Of a stretch of DNA of 64,000 bases, positions 9,057 to 18,489 are shown in pieces. This DNA is from a virus. The stretch covers positions 4,955 to 68,954 of the IMG/VR virus record IMGVR_UViG_3300020595_000028. The stretch is one strand, 5' to 3'. Positions within the stretch are counted from its first letter, which is position 1, and each line of letters starts with the position of its first letter. The translations under genes and the position numbers were made by a program. Under the pieces are notes generated by a model. That model made no database searches and was not told the origin of the DNA. It saw nothing but the letters and a program-made list of their open reading frames with translations.

Positions 9057-11573
9057 TTACGTACTAATTGTGATTGTTTTATTGTTAAGGTCGATAACGA
9101 AGTTGCCATCTGCGCTAGAAAGAGTTCCCGCAGTCATTGCACCAATGTTACTTGAGATGGCAGACACAGTGGTCACTTCTATCTTGTCAGCGGTCACAGT
9201 TCCGTTCACCATAAGACCCCCATCAATAAACTCTGCTTGCTGAGTCCAACTGGTGTTGGCGTTATTACGAACATATCCTGTAGCATCATCTGTAGTGTTG
9301 TTGAGTACGATACGGTCCCCCGCTGCTACAGCTAGTCCTGTAGAGGTAACGAAGAACGCATTGACAGCAACGTCAGATAGGCCAGAGGTCGAAGCAGATG
9401 TTCCTGTTTCATAACGCCACCAACCAGCACCTCGTACCCCAGCTACTCCATCAGCACCATCGTTACCGTCTGGACCAGTTGGACCTATAAAGGAAGCAAA
9501 GGTAATGCCAGAGGTGATAGGTAGTGTCGGGGTTTCCCCATCATAGGAGTAGTAGGCTACAAACGTGTTAGAGCCTAAAGTGTAGCTCTGAGTGTTTGTG
9601 GTTTCATCGATAGTGTCCGCATAAATAACAGCTACTTTACCAACAGTCTTTAGTTGGATAGCGTTGTCTTCAACTAGTAAACGGTTAGAAAGAGTTCCAA
9701 CAGGAGATTTTGAACGGATAGAGAAGTCATAAGTACCTGTGACAAGGCCTACAATATCAAAAGTAGTTACACGGGTAGAACCAAGGGTTTGCCACGTAGC
9801 ACCGTTATCATTTGAAATCTCAACAAGGTACTCTGTTGCAGAGACATCATCTGCAGCGGTCCAAGTAAGTTTACCGGAGCCTGTACCAAAGTTATCTACC
9901 GTTGTTGAGTCAAAAGCGCCAGAAGTGGGTGCTTCTAAATTAAAGTCAAAAGTAGGCTGAACTGCATAAGCAATGTCATCTGCGACATTCCAAGCCAAGC
10001 TTGTGTGGTCAAAACGATAGACTGTCAGGTCTACAGTAAGGTCATTCTTGACAGCAATAGTCTCAACCCGATAGACGTCAGAATCAAGGCCAGCAACATC
10101 AGACTGCAGGTTAATAAAATCACCAGGCTCAAGGTTCAAACCCTTCTTAGACACTGTTAGCTTTACAGTAAAGATTGAGCGAGCCCTGCGCACGCTGTGT
10201 TCAGCCATTGCCAAAGCGTGATAAGGGTCTGTAATACCGTCTGAGTTGAAATCTGCTTGGAACGGCTGGTTGTTGTCTTCTGTCAGGTACTGGTTATGTA
10301 CTGCACTATAAGAAGGTGGCCAAGTCATAGTGTCTTCTTTAAAGTCTTCATGTTCATTCAGAAAGTTGACAGTAGCTTGGTTTAAACGGCTTGAAGCATC
10401 AGGCCACGAAATCTCAATATTATCTCTTGTAATATCGTCATCGGTAAAATAATGACCAGAATCAACCAGAGCGTTTAGCGCAGTTTCATCTGAAGGATAC
10501 TCTACAAGAAGCTTATACTTACCTTCTGAAGACCAAGTAAGCTCCGCTAGACCCATTGTGCTCATAATACGCTCAATGTTATCGCGAATCTTATCGCCAG
10601 TGTCTAGTGAGATGTTGCATTCATACAAAGGGAGAGGGCGGGTGGCTGTTAAATTGGTTTCAACCCAAACAGTTTTATTCCAATACCAGTACTGGTCTGA
10701 AGCCGTAGTGTACCAAAGCTCATTTTCATAAGTGTGCTTTTCCAAGTTAGTTGGACGAGACCCTAGGTCGGCAACAGTGTGAACTCTCTTTTGCCCGTTT
10801 ACTTTCCCACTCACTGAGAGGTTTGTTGCAACGATTGTATCACAAACGTTAGCAGCATCGTAGAAAGACTTAAGGTCAATGCCATCTGCTGAGAGACCAC
10901 GTCCAAAGTCAGAGTTTGTTAGGTAATCAAGTAGGCAAAGAGCAGGGTTGTTTGAGTAAACAAAGTCGGTGCTCAGAGTATAAACTCCCGCAGTTTCCTT
11001 AACCCAACGAACCTTACGACCCTTTACAAGGAACTCCATTGAAGGGACACCGTTGTAGTTGTAGTCTTCACGGTTTAGTTGGAAGGATGCCGCTGCGTGA
11101 GCAGCCCCTGTGAAGCGGTTAGTAGCTGCAAACCCGTTAGCTGTAGAGATGGCGTCTGCTGTTCCGCCTGAGACATGAGTGCGAATACGGTGTTTAAACT
11201 TTTCAACGCTAGAGTTGTAGTCGTTGTCGTTAACCTTTACCCACTGAACACCCTCAATACCTTCTGCGCACAGAGCGTACTCAACGTTTAAGTATTCATT
11301 CTTTGAGCCAGAACGGCTAGTGTTAGCAAACCCTTTAGCGAAAGACTTATCAGAGTTATCAGAAGCGGAAACAAAGCTATTCTTAACCTTGTGTCCAGTT
11401 GCAACTCCACCTAGAACTGCTTTGCCGTAAACAACAGGTAGGCTAGAAGCCTCTCCTGAAACAGTTATATTGAAGCCTTTACGTTTGTCGGCTTCTCTCT
11501 TCATCTTGTTTTGTTGTGAAATTTGATATGCCGTAGAGGCAATAAACATAAATACTTGGAATACAACACCCAT
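9057..11573 (-). CDS. Central tail tip / host-specificity protein (gpJ-like) with FN3 domain
   Basis: LPVVYGK, YSNNPALCLLDYL...GRGL, LEPGDFI motifs, FN3-like segment, short collagen-like G-x-x repeat. Confidence 0.85.
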   Translation of the reverse strand: MGVVFQVFMFIASTAYQISQQNKMKREADKRKGFNITVSGEASSLPVVYGKAVLGGVATGHKVKNSFVSASDNSDKSFAKGFANTSRSGSKNEYLNVEYALCAEGIEGVQWVKVNDNDYNSSVEKFKHRIRTHVSGGTADAISTANGFAATNRFTGAAHAAASFQLNREDYNYNGVPSMEFLVKGRKVRWVKETAGVYTLSTDFVYSNNPALCLLDYLTNSDFGRGLSADGIDLKSFYDAANVCDTIVATNLSVSGKVNGQKRVHTVADLGSRPTNLEKHTYENELWYTTASDQYWYWNKTVWVETNLTATRPLPLYECNISLDTGDKIRDNIERIMSTMGLAELTWSSEGKYKLLVEYPSDETALNALVDSGHYFTDDDITRDNIEISWPDASSRLNQATVNFLNEHEDFKEDTMTWPPSYSAVHNQYLTEDNNQPFQADFNSDGITDPYHALAMAEHSVRRARSIFTVKLTVSKKGLNLEPGDFINLQSDVAGLDSDVYRVETIAVKNDLTVDLTVYRFDHTSLAWNVADDIAYAVQPTFDFNLEAPTSGAFDSTTVDNFGTGSGKLTWTAADDVSATEYLVEISNDNGATWQTLGSTRVTTFDIVGLVTGTYDFSIRSKSPVGTLSNRLLVEDNAIQLKTVGKVAVIYADTIDETTNTQSYTLGSNTFVAYYSYDGETPTLPITSGITFASFIGPTGPDGNDGADGVAGVRGAGWWRYETGTSASTSGLSDVAVNAFFVTSTGLAVAAGDRIVLNNTTDDATGYVRNNANTSWTQQAEFIDGGLMVNGTVTADKIEVTTVSAISSNIGAMTAGTLSSADGNFVIDLNNKTITIST

Positions 11574-12133
11574 TAGATTTTGCCCCACTTTACTGAAACT
11601 GATTTGTCTTTAAATATTGCATCGAAGGAAGTATCCGATGAACTCCGTTGGTCCATGCCGTTTTTAGAAGTAATAAAGGAGCGAACCATGTCAAGGTCAG
11701 CCATAGGGGAGGTTCCTTCAATAACCGCTAGCTTCTGTTCGAAGTCATTTGTTATCGTTGGTTTGTCCACAAAACCTTTGTAAACGGACAACACATCGTC
11801 AGTGCCTAACAGTGGGTCTCCGTTAGTATCTAAAAGAGAAACAAAAACACTAATAGGTTTCCCAATAACGTTTGCTTTAAACTCAGCACCCATAGTGTCT
11901 AGCACCTCAGAAATAACCACTTTATAAGACTCTCGGTCTACTACAGACGAGAACTTAGGTGGGTCAAACTCGTAAAGACCGCCATCGGCGAGATACGTGT
12001 TACCATCAAAGACCAAGTCTCTGTGGAAGGATGTAAAGTAGTAATCTTGAACAAACTCTAACTTGATTAAGAAAGCGAACTGGATAAAGTCGCTGTCAAG
12101 TACTGTTTGTGCTGCAGTTGAAAACTGTCTCAT
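11573..12133 (-). CDS. Tail hub/minor tail protein (gpL/DUF2163-like)
   Basis: DLVFDGNTYL, YKGFVD, C-terminal VKWG; between Dit and tip. Confidence 0.7.
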   Translation of the reverse strand: MRQFSTAAQTVLDSDFIQFAFLIKLEFVQDYYFTSFHRDLVFDGNTYLADGGLYEFDPPKFSSVVDRESYKVVISEVLDTMGAEFKANVIGKPISVFVSLLDTNGDPLLGTDDVLSVYKGFVDKPTITNDFEQKLAVIEGTSPMADLDMVRSFITSKNGMDQRSSSDTSFDAIFKDKSVSVKWGKI

Positions 12134-12735
12134 TATAATGCCTCTATAACTGAGATGGTCCCTGCATTTGAGAGAACGCCATCTGAAAAAGTAATACCTG
12201 TTTGGTTGTTAATATCCCTGTAAAACGAAAATGTAGCAAGTTCTCTACACCGAATAGTGTGGGAGTTATTTACATCCTTACGAAGTTTAGGGTAGAAACC
12301 TACCGTAGATGTGCCAGACAATATTACATCACTAGTTGTGATATAAATCTTATCGTGGTTAGAGAACTTAAAGAAGGAACCCTTTGGAAGTAACCCAACG
12401 TTATTACCAGCGGCAATAAGCATTGTGGTAGCCCCTGCAGAAACGGGAGCTGCTAAAGAAAAGCTCGAACTACTAATCGTTGTCTTAGCGGCTACTTCAG
12501 GAAGCTGTGGCATAATCATTGTCTGTACAGTGTGATTATCAGCTGCGGAGCCAAGAAAGATATCCACTTGGGTTTCTGTAGTTCCTATTGTGTTGAAACT
12601 CAACTCCCAACGTTGTACATCTTGGTTTGCTCTTTGTTTCTTTAGAGACACTGTATCTACTTCGTAAACAGGCTCGTTTGAGATGATAGTGAAGGGTGCT
12701 AAGATTTGTGCACCGTTGAAATAATAGACTGACAT
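12133..12735 (-). CDS. Distal tail protein (Dit)-like
   Basis: QRWELSF, G.FFKFSNHDKIY..., FYPKLR, IEAL C-terminus. Confidence 0.65.
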   Translation of the reverse strand: MSVYYFNGAQILAPFTIISNEPVYEVDTVSLKKQRANQDVQRWELSFNTIGTTETQVDIFLGSAADNHTVQTMIMPQLPEVAAKTTISSSSFSLAAPVSAGATTMLIAAGNNVGLLPKGSFFKFSNHDKIYITTSDVILSGTSTVGFYPKLRKDVNNSHTIRCRELATFSFYRDINNQTGITFSDGVLSNAGTISVIEAL

Positions 12736-12737
12736 GG

Positions 12738-13178
12738 TTAGCTCCTAATAGGTCTGGCAAGCACCAACAAGTGCCGCTCTAAAAAGTTGGTCTGGCGTCT
12801 GCGCCTAGTACCTGTATTGTTTTCTTCTGTTGAGACCCAAAAATCTCCATCGTTTATCATAGCACCATCCTCAAAGGCTATATCGCCTAACAGGGGTCGC
12901 TTGTTTTTAATTAGTTGGTAGCCACAATACTCCATGTACTGTGGCAGTGTATAGCCTTGCTTCCACAAAGCCCGTACAAATTCTTCGGTAGTGTTCCAGT
13001 TAAAGTTAATATAGTCTCTAGCTTTAGACTCGCCTCTAAGTTCTAAGTCGTACTCAGCAAGCAAAGCGAAACAGTCATTAACATTTCTGGTATAATTCTC
13101 ACAACGTTCAGTCATAGAGTCTATTGTCCAAGAAGCTCGTTGTAGTGCTTCCGACATCTCTTTCTCAGTATAATACAT
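12738..13178 (-). CDS. NlpC/P60-like tail-associated protein
   Basis: Y...NDCFAL and P.LGDIAF motifs. Confidence 0.55.
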   Translation of the reverse strand: MYYTEKEMSEALQRASWTIDSMTERCENYTRNVNDCFALLAEYDLELRGESKARDYINFNWNTTEEFVRALWKQGYTLPQYMEYCGYQLIKNKRPLLGDIAFEDGAMINDGDFWVSTEENNTGTRRRRQTNFLERHLLVLARPIRS

Positions 13179-13207
13179 TCTCTCTCCTATAGAGTGCCAC
13201 AGAGAGC

Positions 13208-13256
13208 ACGCCTAAGACCCCCTCGATGGTTCCTACCATCAAGAGAGCCTAAACGT
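13208..13256 (-). other. Long G.U-rich RNA hairpin (possible RNase III/processing site)
   Basis: ACGTTTAGGCTCTCTTGATGGT-AGGA-ACCATCGAGGGGGTCTTAGGCGT pairs fully only with G.U on the minus strand. Confidence 0.55.
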
Positions 13257-13268
13257 CTTCTAAGTGCC

Positions 13269-14009
13269 TTACATGCGTTCTTCTATGAAGAGGCGTACTA
13301 GGTCAGCAACAATGTCGCTACGTACAATATCTTCAACACCAAACTGGATAACTGGTAGTTCAATACCTGCTTGGTTTACTTTACGTGCGAAGCGCACTAG
13401 GTCAGCCCCATCTTTCACATCGGATTGTGCAGGGTCTCCCATCAATACTAGTTTTGTATTCTCACCAATACGAGTTGTAATGGCTTTAATCTCGTCCATA
13501 TTAAGGTTCTGGGCTTCATCAACAAGAACAAGAGCGTTCTCATAAGAGCGTCCACGAATAGTTTCAATAGGTTGGATTTCGATTTGGCCCTGAGTAAGCA
13601 TGTATTCGTACTTACCTTTACCGAAGGCTTTAGTAAGCACTTCAAGCATTGGCATAAGCCAAGGTGTCATCTTTTCTTCGATAGTCCCTGGGAAGTGGCC
13701 CAAGGATTTACCAGTAGGAACGTTAGCTCGTGTTAATACAATCTTCTTGTATTTACCCTTCATAAAGAGTTGAGCAACGGTGCCAGCAGAGCAGTAAGTC
13801 TTTCCTGTACCAGCACAACCCATAGTTACCGTGATTGGACACTCTTTAATAGCGTTAATCAGGTCATCTTGCTTTTCATTCTTAGGCAAGAGATGGAAGT
13901 TGGTTGGTTGATGTGAGTAGTTCCCAGCTTTACGGGCGTTCTCTTCACGCATATACTTTGGCATACGTGCATCTTTTTTAACGGAATAGCGAGACTGTTT
14001 CTTGGACAT
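13269..14009 (-). CDS. phoH: PhoH-like ATPase
   Basis: GCAGTGKT Walker A, LGHFPG..EEK..PW, RGRS, DEAQN, TRIGEN, GDPAQSD, DIVRS. Confidence 0.92.
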   Translation of the reverse strand: MSKKQSRYSVKKDARMPKYMREENARKAGNYSHQPTNFHLLPKNEKQDDLINAIKECPITVTMGCAGTGKTYCSAGTVAQLFMKGKYKKIVLTRANVPTGKSLGHFPGTIEEKMTPWLMPMLEVLTKAFGKGKYEYMLTQGQIEIQPIETIRGRSYENALVLVDEAQNLNMDEIKAITTRIGENTKLVLMGDPAQSDVKDGADLVRFARKVNQAGIELPVIQFGVEDIVRSDIVADLVRLFIEERM

Positions 14010-14092
14010 GAAAGATTCCTTGTTAGTGTTAAATTATTGGGGTGAGCAGGGCCATTACAGCCCCGCTGTTTTTCTCTTGTTATTGTAAGGGC

Positions 14093-14452
14093 TTAGTGGG
14101 CCACAGTTAGGCCAGCAGGTTGTACCGCTGCCAGTTCCTCTGGGGTTGTAGCTGCATCAATAGCCGGGTCGGTAGGTGCATCACGCAGAGTTTGTTTGTC
14201 AGCAGTAATCTGTGTGGTGTCAGCACCAGTTTCGAGTGCCTTCATAAAGGCTGTATCCAGTGCAGCCAGAGGCTCTGCACGAGCTTGACGTATCTTGTCA
14301 CGCCAGATGTCTCTTGCTGCTGCCATGTCCACAGAGATAACCCCTACGTCTGTATCAGCTTCCCAAGCACCACGGAAGGTACGTTCGGCTGGTAGTGTGT
14401 AGTCTGCGGCGTCATATTCTGTTGCGCCAATCTTGATTAATGTTTGTGTCAT
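14093..14452 (-). CDS. Tail fibre assembly-like protein
   Basis: RTFRGAW, IR..R...LA.LD..F..ALE..., KQ.LRD.P; follows fibre gene. Confidence 0.55.
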   Translation of the reverse strand: MTQTLIKIGATEYDAADYTLPAERTFRGAWEADTDVGVISVDMAAARDIWRDKIRQARAEPLAALDTAFMKALETGADTTQITADKQTLRDAPTDPAIDAATTPEELAAVQPAGLTVAH

Positions 14453-14856
14453 GCTGCTATCCTCCAAGCATTACGAAACGACCTGTCAGAGGGTACGTCT
14501 TCTGTTTTGACAATCTTGAACACCGGTCTGTTGTATTCCTTTGACCAGATGTGACGAGGGATGTCCTTCATTACGAGATACTCAATGGCCTCCTCCTCTG
14601 TGAGAGGGCCAATGCGAGGTGCTTTCCACTGTGCCGCGCTTTTATCGGGGTCATGCTTAAAGGTGTCGTGACGACCCTCTGCGATGGCTTGCTGCTCATC
14701 ATCTTGCAATGCCCAGTAGACGGATATAGGTGGCAGTAGCCCCGCCTTGGCTTCTTCAAGCCAGTTGTCACTAGGGACAAGCACACAGGCAGGTTGCTCT
14801 GGTTGCTCTGGGTCTTCAAAGATTACACGATAATTGCTCATGCTACTGATTTCCAA
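14449..14856 (-). CDS. Tail-fibre-associated hypothetical protein
   Basis: KDIP...VPSDRSFRNAW motif; sits directly after fibre gene. Confidence 0.5.
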   Translation of the reverse strand: MEISSMSNYRVIFEDPEQPEQPACVLVPSDNWLEEAKAGLLPPISVYWALQDDEQQAIAEGRHDTFKHDPDKSAAQWKAPRIGPLTEEEAIEYLVMKDIPRHIWSKEYNRPVFKIVKTEDVPSDRSFRNAWRIAA

Positions 14857-17800
14857 CAGTTGTTACAGTCTGGTAAGTCCTGTCAGTCAGCTCGCCGAGT
14901 ATGTTATTTATACCAACTGCAACACTACTAGTTGCGAAAGAATATGCGTTCGCAAAGCTATCTGAACTCCCTACGGTATTAGCACTAGACCCCGACGCAG
15001 CAAAGCTTGCGTTTGAATAAAGGTTAGTGAAGTTTATACGAAAGTCTCCAGTGCCGAGGTCAGTAATACTGCTTACGTTTCCACTATCCCGAATAGATAC
15101 AGTAGATTGGCCATTGAAGTTCACCCAAGCTCTTGGGAAGAAAACCTTTGTCCCCGAAGAAGTCCTGATATCTTCCACATCAATAATATCATTACCATTC
15201 ATGTCCAAATTACCGCTGCTGTCGATACGCATGGCTTCTACGTTGCTAATGCGCCAGATATGGTCTGTAGCCCCATTGGCATCCTTGTCAATGAGGTAGT
15301 CGTTCGACACGTAGGCGCTTGTGGACGTGCGGGTTTGGATACGAAAGCTACCGTCATCAAGGCTAAACTGAGTTTGCTGATAAGCGGCGTCCGTATTCGT
15401 TTCGTCAAGGATAAGGGTCGGGTACGTAGCCGAGATTTGGAGGACACCCGCTGGCGAATCTGTCCCAATCCCAACATTACCATTGCTGTCGATGCGCATG
15501 CGTTCTGCGCCGTTAGTGCGGAGCTTAACATTATCTTGACCCACAACCTCAAGGCCGTCATCACCTCTGTTTAACTGTAAGTAGTTGCCATCGTCTGTTG
15601 CACTGTCGTGGTCTAGGTAAATACGAGGGTTGCCACCCGCCGAGCCAAAGTCAACTTTAAGGTTTCCTTCAACGTGCAGCTTTTCTTCAGGCGAATCTGT
15701 ACCTATGCCGACCTGTCCGTTGCTGTCGATGCGCATACGTTCTGAGTTGTCAGTTCTAAACCGCATAGCGTCAGTGCTGTGGTCATAGGAAAGCTGACCA
15801 ACGTCTTCATCGTCAGGGTCAGAGAAGTTGATATTCGAGAAGTTATTCGCACCTGCAAGAATATCAATCTGCATAGACCCATCACGGGTGAATACAGCCT
15901 CAGTTGAAGCACTTGGTGACCAAGTAATCGCAGGGACAGAAAAGCCAGCAATAAGTTGCGGAGGTGTCCCAGAGGTCAGGTTGGTAAGGTTTGCGCTTCC
16001 AGCAACACTATCGCCGAGTATAGTTTGACCGTCTACTGTGAGAGTAGCTTCAGGCGAATCTGTACCAATCCCAACCTTACCGTTGCTGTCGATGCGCATG
16101 CGTTCAATCAAGCCTGAACCACCACTTCTTGTTTTTACAGAGAAATAGCCACGGCGGTCAGCATCTGTAGCGTTTTCCTTATTGCCCTCAATACGAGCAA
16201 ACGTGTTTTCGCTTGTACCTGTGTAATACGCCGCTAGGTCTAATGCGCCACCAACGTCTTGTGCTACTGTTGATGTGTCCAGAATGCGGGTTGACACCCC
16301 AGCTCCGTGAACGTCTAATTTACTTGTTGGCGTACTCGTACCAATCCCAACATTACCGCTGCTGTCGATAAGCATGGCTCCCTGCGTGCCGTTAGTCGAA
16401 AACACCATGTTGTTTGTGGAGTGTTCGTAGCGGATTTCACCTGTGTCAGAATCCTCAGTATCGCCAAACTCAATGAAGCCGATTCCGTCATTCGGGGTCA
16501 GCAACCGAAGTCGGGAGTCGTTATCCGCAGCAGCTTCAATGAGAACAACAGGGGAGTTGTCGGAATAAATATGCAGTTCTTCGGCAGGAGAACTCGTCCC
16601 AATCCCCAAAGACTCAGCACTCGCATCCCAGAAGAACTTTGGCGTGGTGCCTGTGTCCTCGTAGAAGCTGATGTCGCCGTTGCCGTTGATAAGCATGGCT
16701 TCTGAGCCGTCTGTCTCAAAGGCGATGTTTGACTGTGCAGCAGCAGAGTTGTTGTCGTAGTCCGCTGAAAGGGTTAACCCCCTTTTTGCTTTGATATAAG
16801 AACTATCACCAGAGAAGTTCTCCAACTCAATGGCATCAGCAATCCCTGCTGCGTTATTTGAGACAGTCAGCCCATCGCTGGTGATAGTCCCAGTGACGTC
16901 TACACCTGTGCTGGTGGTGGCGAGTTTGATGCCGTTAGTTGCGTCTGGGTGATAAAGGTAAGTAGCACTGCCATCAACACCTCGAAAATAGTTAGTGTTG
17001 TCAACAGCTCTTAAACGCAGGTCTGAGCCTTCAATTACAAGAAGACCCGTGTTAGCGCCAAGTATATAACTAGCTGTTCCAGAATCGTAAATCTGTAACC
17101 CAGTGCCGAAGATGGCTTTGTCGTTGTCACCGAAGGACAAATCACCAGTCATGGTATCGCCAGCTACTTCAACATAACGAGCATCACCAATAGTTTGAAC
17201 TTCTGTTTCAAGAGAAGCAGTGGTGGCTAGGTTAGAGGCATTACCAATAAAGATGTCACCGTCATCAAGGTTGGGGGTATCGTTGGCACGACCCGCGCCA
17301 GTAACCATGATAGAGCCGTTGGAAGCGTGTACTTTGATTACTTTACCGATGTTCTGAATAAGGTTCCCAGAACCAGGAGGAGCAGTAGTGGTTAGACCCC
17401 CTGTAGCGCCAATGTAAAGTGTGTCACCCTCAGAGAAAGCTGAGGTATCAAAACCTTTAACAAAACCAGTAAGAACAAGGCTGCCCTCTGCTTCATCTGC
17501 AAGTGTGCTTGTTAGAACCCCCACTGCTGGCATACTAGCTGCAGTATCTGCACGGGCCGCTTGGACTTCCATAGCTTGTCCCGCTGTACCGCTTTGGTAT
17601 ACAGGGGTGCCAATAGCCAGAGTGCCTCCAGAAACATTCTTACAGGTTTCTGAGATAGAGGTTGCGTTTACAGCAGCAACAGGCCCAAGGTTTATAGTTT
17701 GGACTACACCTCCTGCTGCGTTAGAAACTTCAATAATCAAGTTATCATTAGAATCGAAGTAAGCATCGGACACTGAGTTGCCGGAAGAGCCTTGGCCCCC

Positions 17801-17887
17801 TGTGCGAGACAGAGAGAGGTTAAGGTCTTGTACGACTGTGTTTATTAGAAATTCATTATTATTAACTGATACGGTGTACTGTGACAT
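14843..17887 (-). CDS. Tail fibre protein with repeated (E)RMRIDS(N/S)G.VGIGT(D/S)(S/T)P units
   Basis: 1014 aa; at least 5 shaft repeats; C-terminal AWVNFNG...SSITD.GTG.F.INF domain. Confidence 0.85.
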   Translation of the reverse strand: MSQYTVSVNNNEFLINTVVQDLNLSLSRTGGQGSSGNSVSDAYFDSNDNLIIEVSNAAGGVVQTINLGPVAAVNATSISETCKNVSGGTLAIGTPVYQSGTAGQAMEVQAARADTAASMPAVGVLTSTLADEAEGSLVLTGFVKGFDTSAFSEGDTLYIGATGGLTTTAPPGSGNLIQNIGKVIKVHASNGSIMVTGAGRANDTPNLDDGDIFIGNASNLATTASLETEVQTIGDARYVEVAGDTMTGDLSFGDNDKAIFGTGLQIYDSGTASYILGANTGLLVIEGSDLRLRAVDNTNYFRGVDGSATYLYHPDATNGIKLATTSTGVDVTGTITSDGLTVSNNAAGIADAIELENFSGDSSYIKAKRGLTLSADYDNNSAAAQSNIAFETDGSEAMLINGNGDISFYEDTGTTPKFFWDASAESLGIGTSSPAEELHIYSDNSPVVLIEAAADNDSRLRLLTPNDGIGFIEFGDTEDSDTGEIRYEHSTNNMVFSTNGTQGAMLIDSSGNVGIGTSTPTSKLDVHGAGVSTRILDTSTVAQDVGGALDLAAYYTGTSENTFARIEGNKENATDADRRGYFSVKTRSGGSGLIERMRIDSNGKVGIGTDSPEATLTVDGQTILGDSVAGSANLTNLTSGTPPQLIAGFSVPAITWSPSASTEAVFTRDGSMQIDILAGANNFSNINFSDPDDEDVGQLSYDHSTDAMRFRTDNSERMRIDSNGQVGIGTDSPEEKLHVEGNLKVDFGSAGGNPRIYLDHDSATDDGNYLQLNRGDDGLEVVGQDNVKLRTNGAERMRIDSNGNVGIGTDSPAGVLQISATYPTLILDETNTDAAYQQTQFSLDDGSFRIQTRTSTSAYVSNDYLIDKDANGATDHIWRISNVEAMRIDSSGNLDMNGNDIIDVEDIRTSSGTKVFFPRAWVNFNGQSTVSIRDSGNVSSITDLGTGDFRINFTNLYSNASFAASGSSANTVGSSDSFANAYSFATSSVAVGINNILGELTDRTYQTVTTVGNQ

Positions 17888-18330
17888 TATACCACCTCTG
17901 TTGGGCTATACCGGACTTCGACTAGGCCGCGAAGGGGTTTCCAAATTAGCTGCTCGTTGCCTACACCGGGGTCTCTAATCTCTAGACCAATAAAACCATA
18001 AACAGGTTTATCAGGGATAGGTGTGGTGGCCCAAGAATCAATTAAGTCTTCCGGTATGACAATATCAAAAACGTTATCAGTTGAAACGGTATCAATAATA
18101 TCTAAAGTTGTAATTGTTGGGTTTGTTGCTGCAGTTGCTGGCAACGCGCCAGTGTCTTGAACGTTATTTGCTTCAATAACTTTAGCTGTGATAGTGTAAC
18201 CCGCAAGGTTAGTTACCCAGCCAATTGTAAGAGAAATCCGTGTTTGTTCTCCTTCAATAATAGAGACGAGAACGCTTCCATCATCGGTAATTAAGTCCTT
18301 GGACCTAGAAGTAATCTTTGAACGTGCCAT
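17887..18330 (-). CDS. Putative baseplate/fibre adaptor protein (BppU-like)
   Basis: NLAGYTITAKV and position upstream of fibre. Confidence 0.45.
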   Translation of the reverse strand: MARSKITSRSKDLITDDGSVLVSIIEGEQTRISLTIGWVTNLAGYTITAKVIEANNVQDTGALPATAATNPTITTLDIIDTVSTDNVFDIVIPEDLIDSWATTPIPDKPVYGFIGLEIRDPGVGNEQLIWKPLRGLVEVRYSPTEVV

Positions 18331-18451
18331 AATAGTTCCTTTCTGCCGAACCTCAGTTGGGCTAGTAAGTTGGTTGTTAATTTGTGTTTATTAGTTATTG
18401 CCTAATACTTTCATTAATACATTCCCTAATATATTATTGGAAATATTAGGT

Positions 18452-18475
18452 ACACGCCCCCCGAAGGGGACGCGC
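18452..18475 (-). terminator. UUCG hairpin after large virion protein
   Basis: GCGCGTCCCC-TTCG-GGGGGCGTGT. Confidence 0.5.
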
Positions 18476-18489
18476 AATTTTTATTTTAG

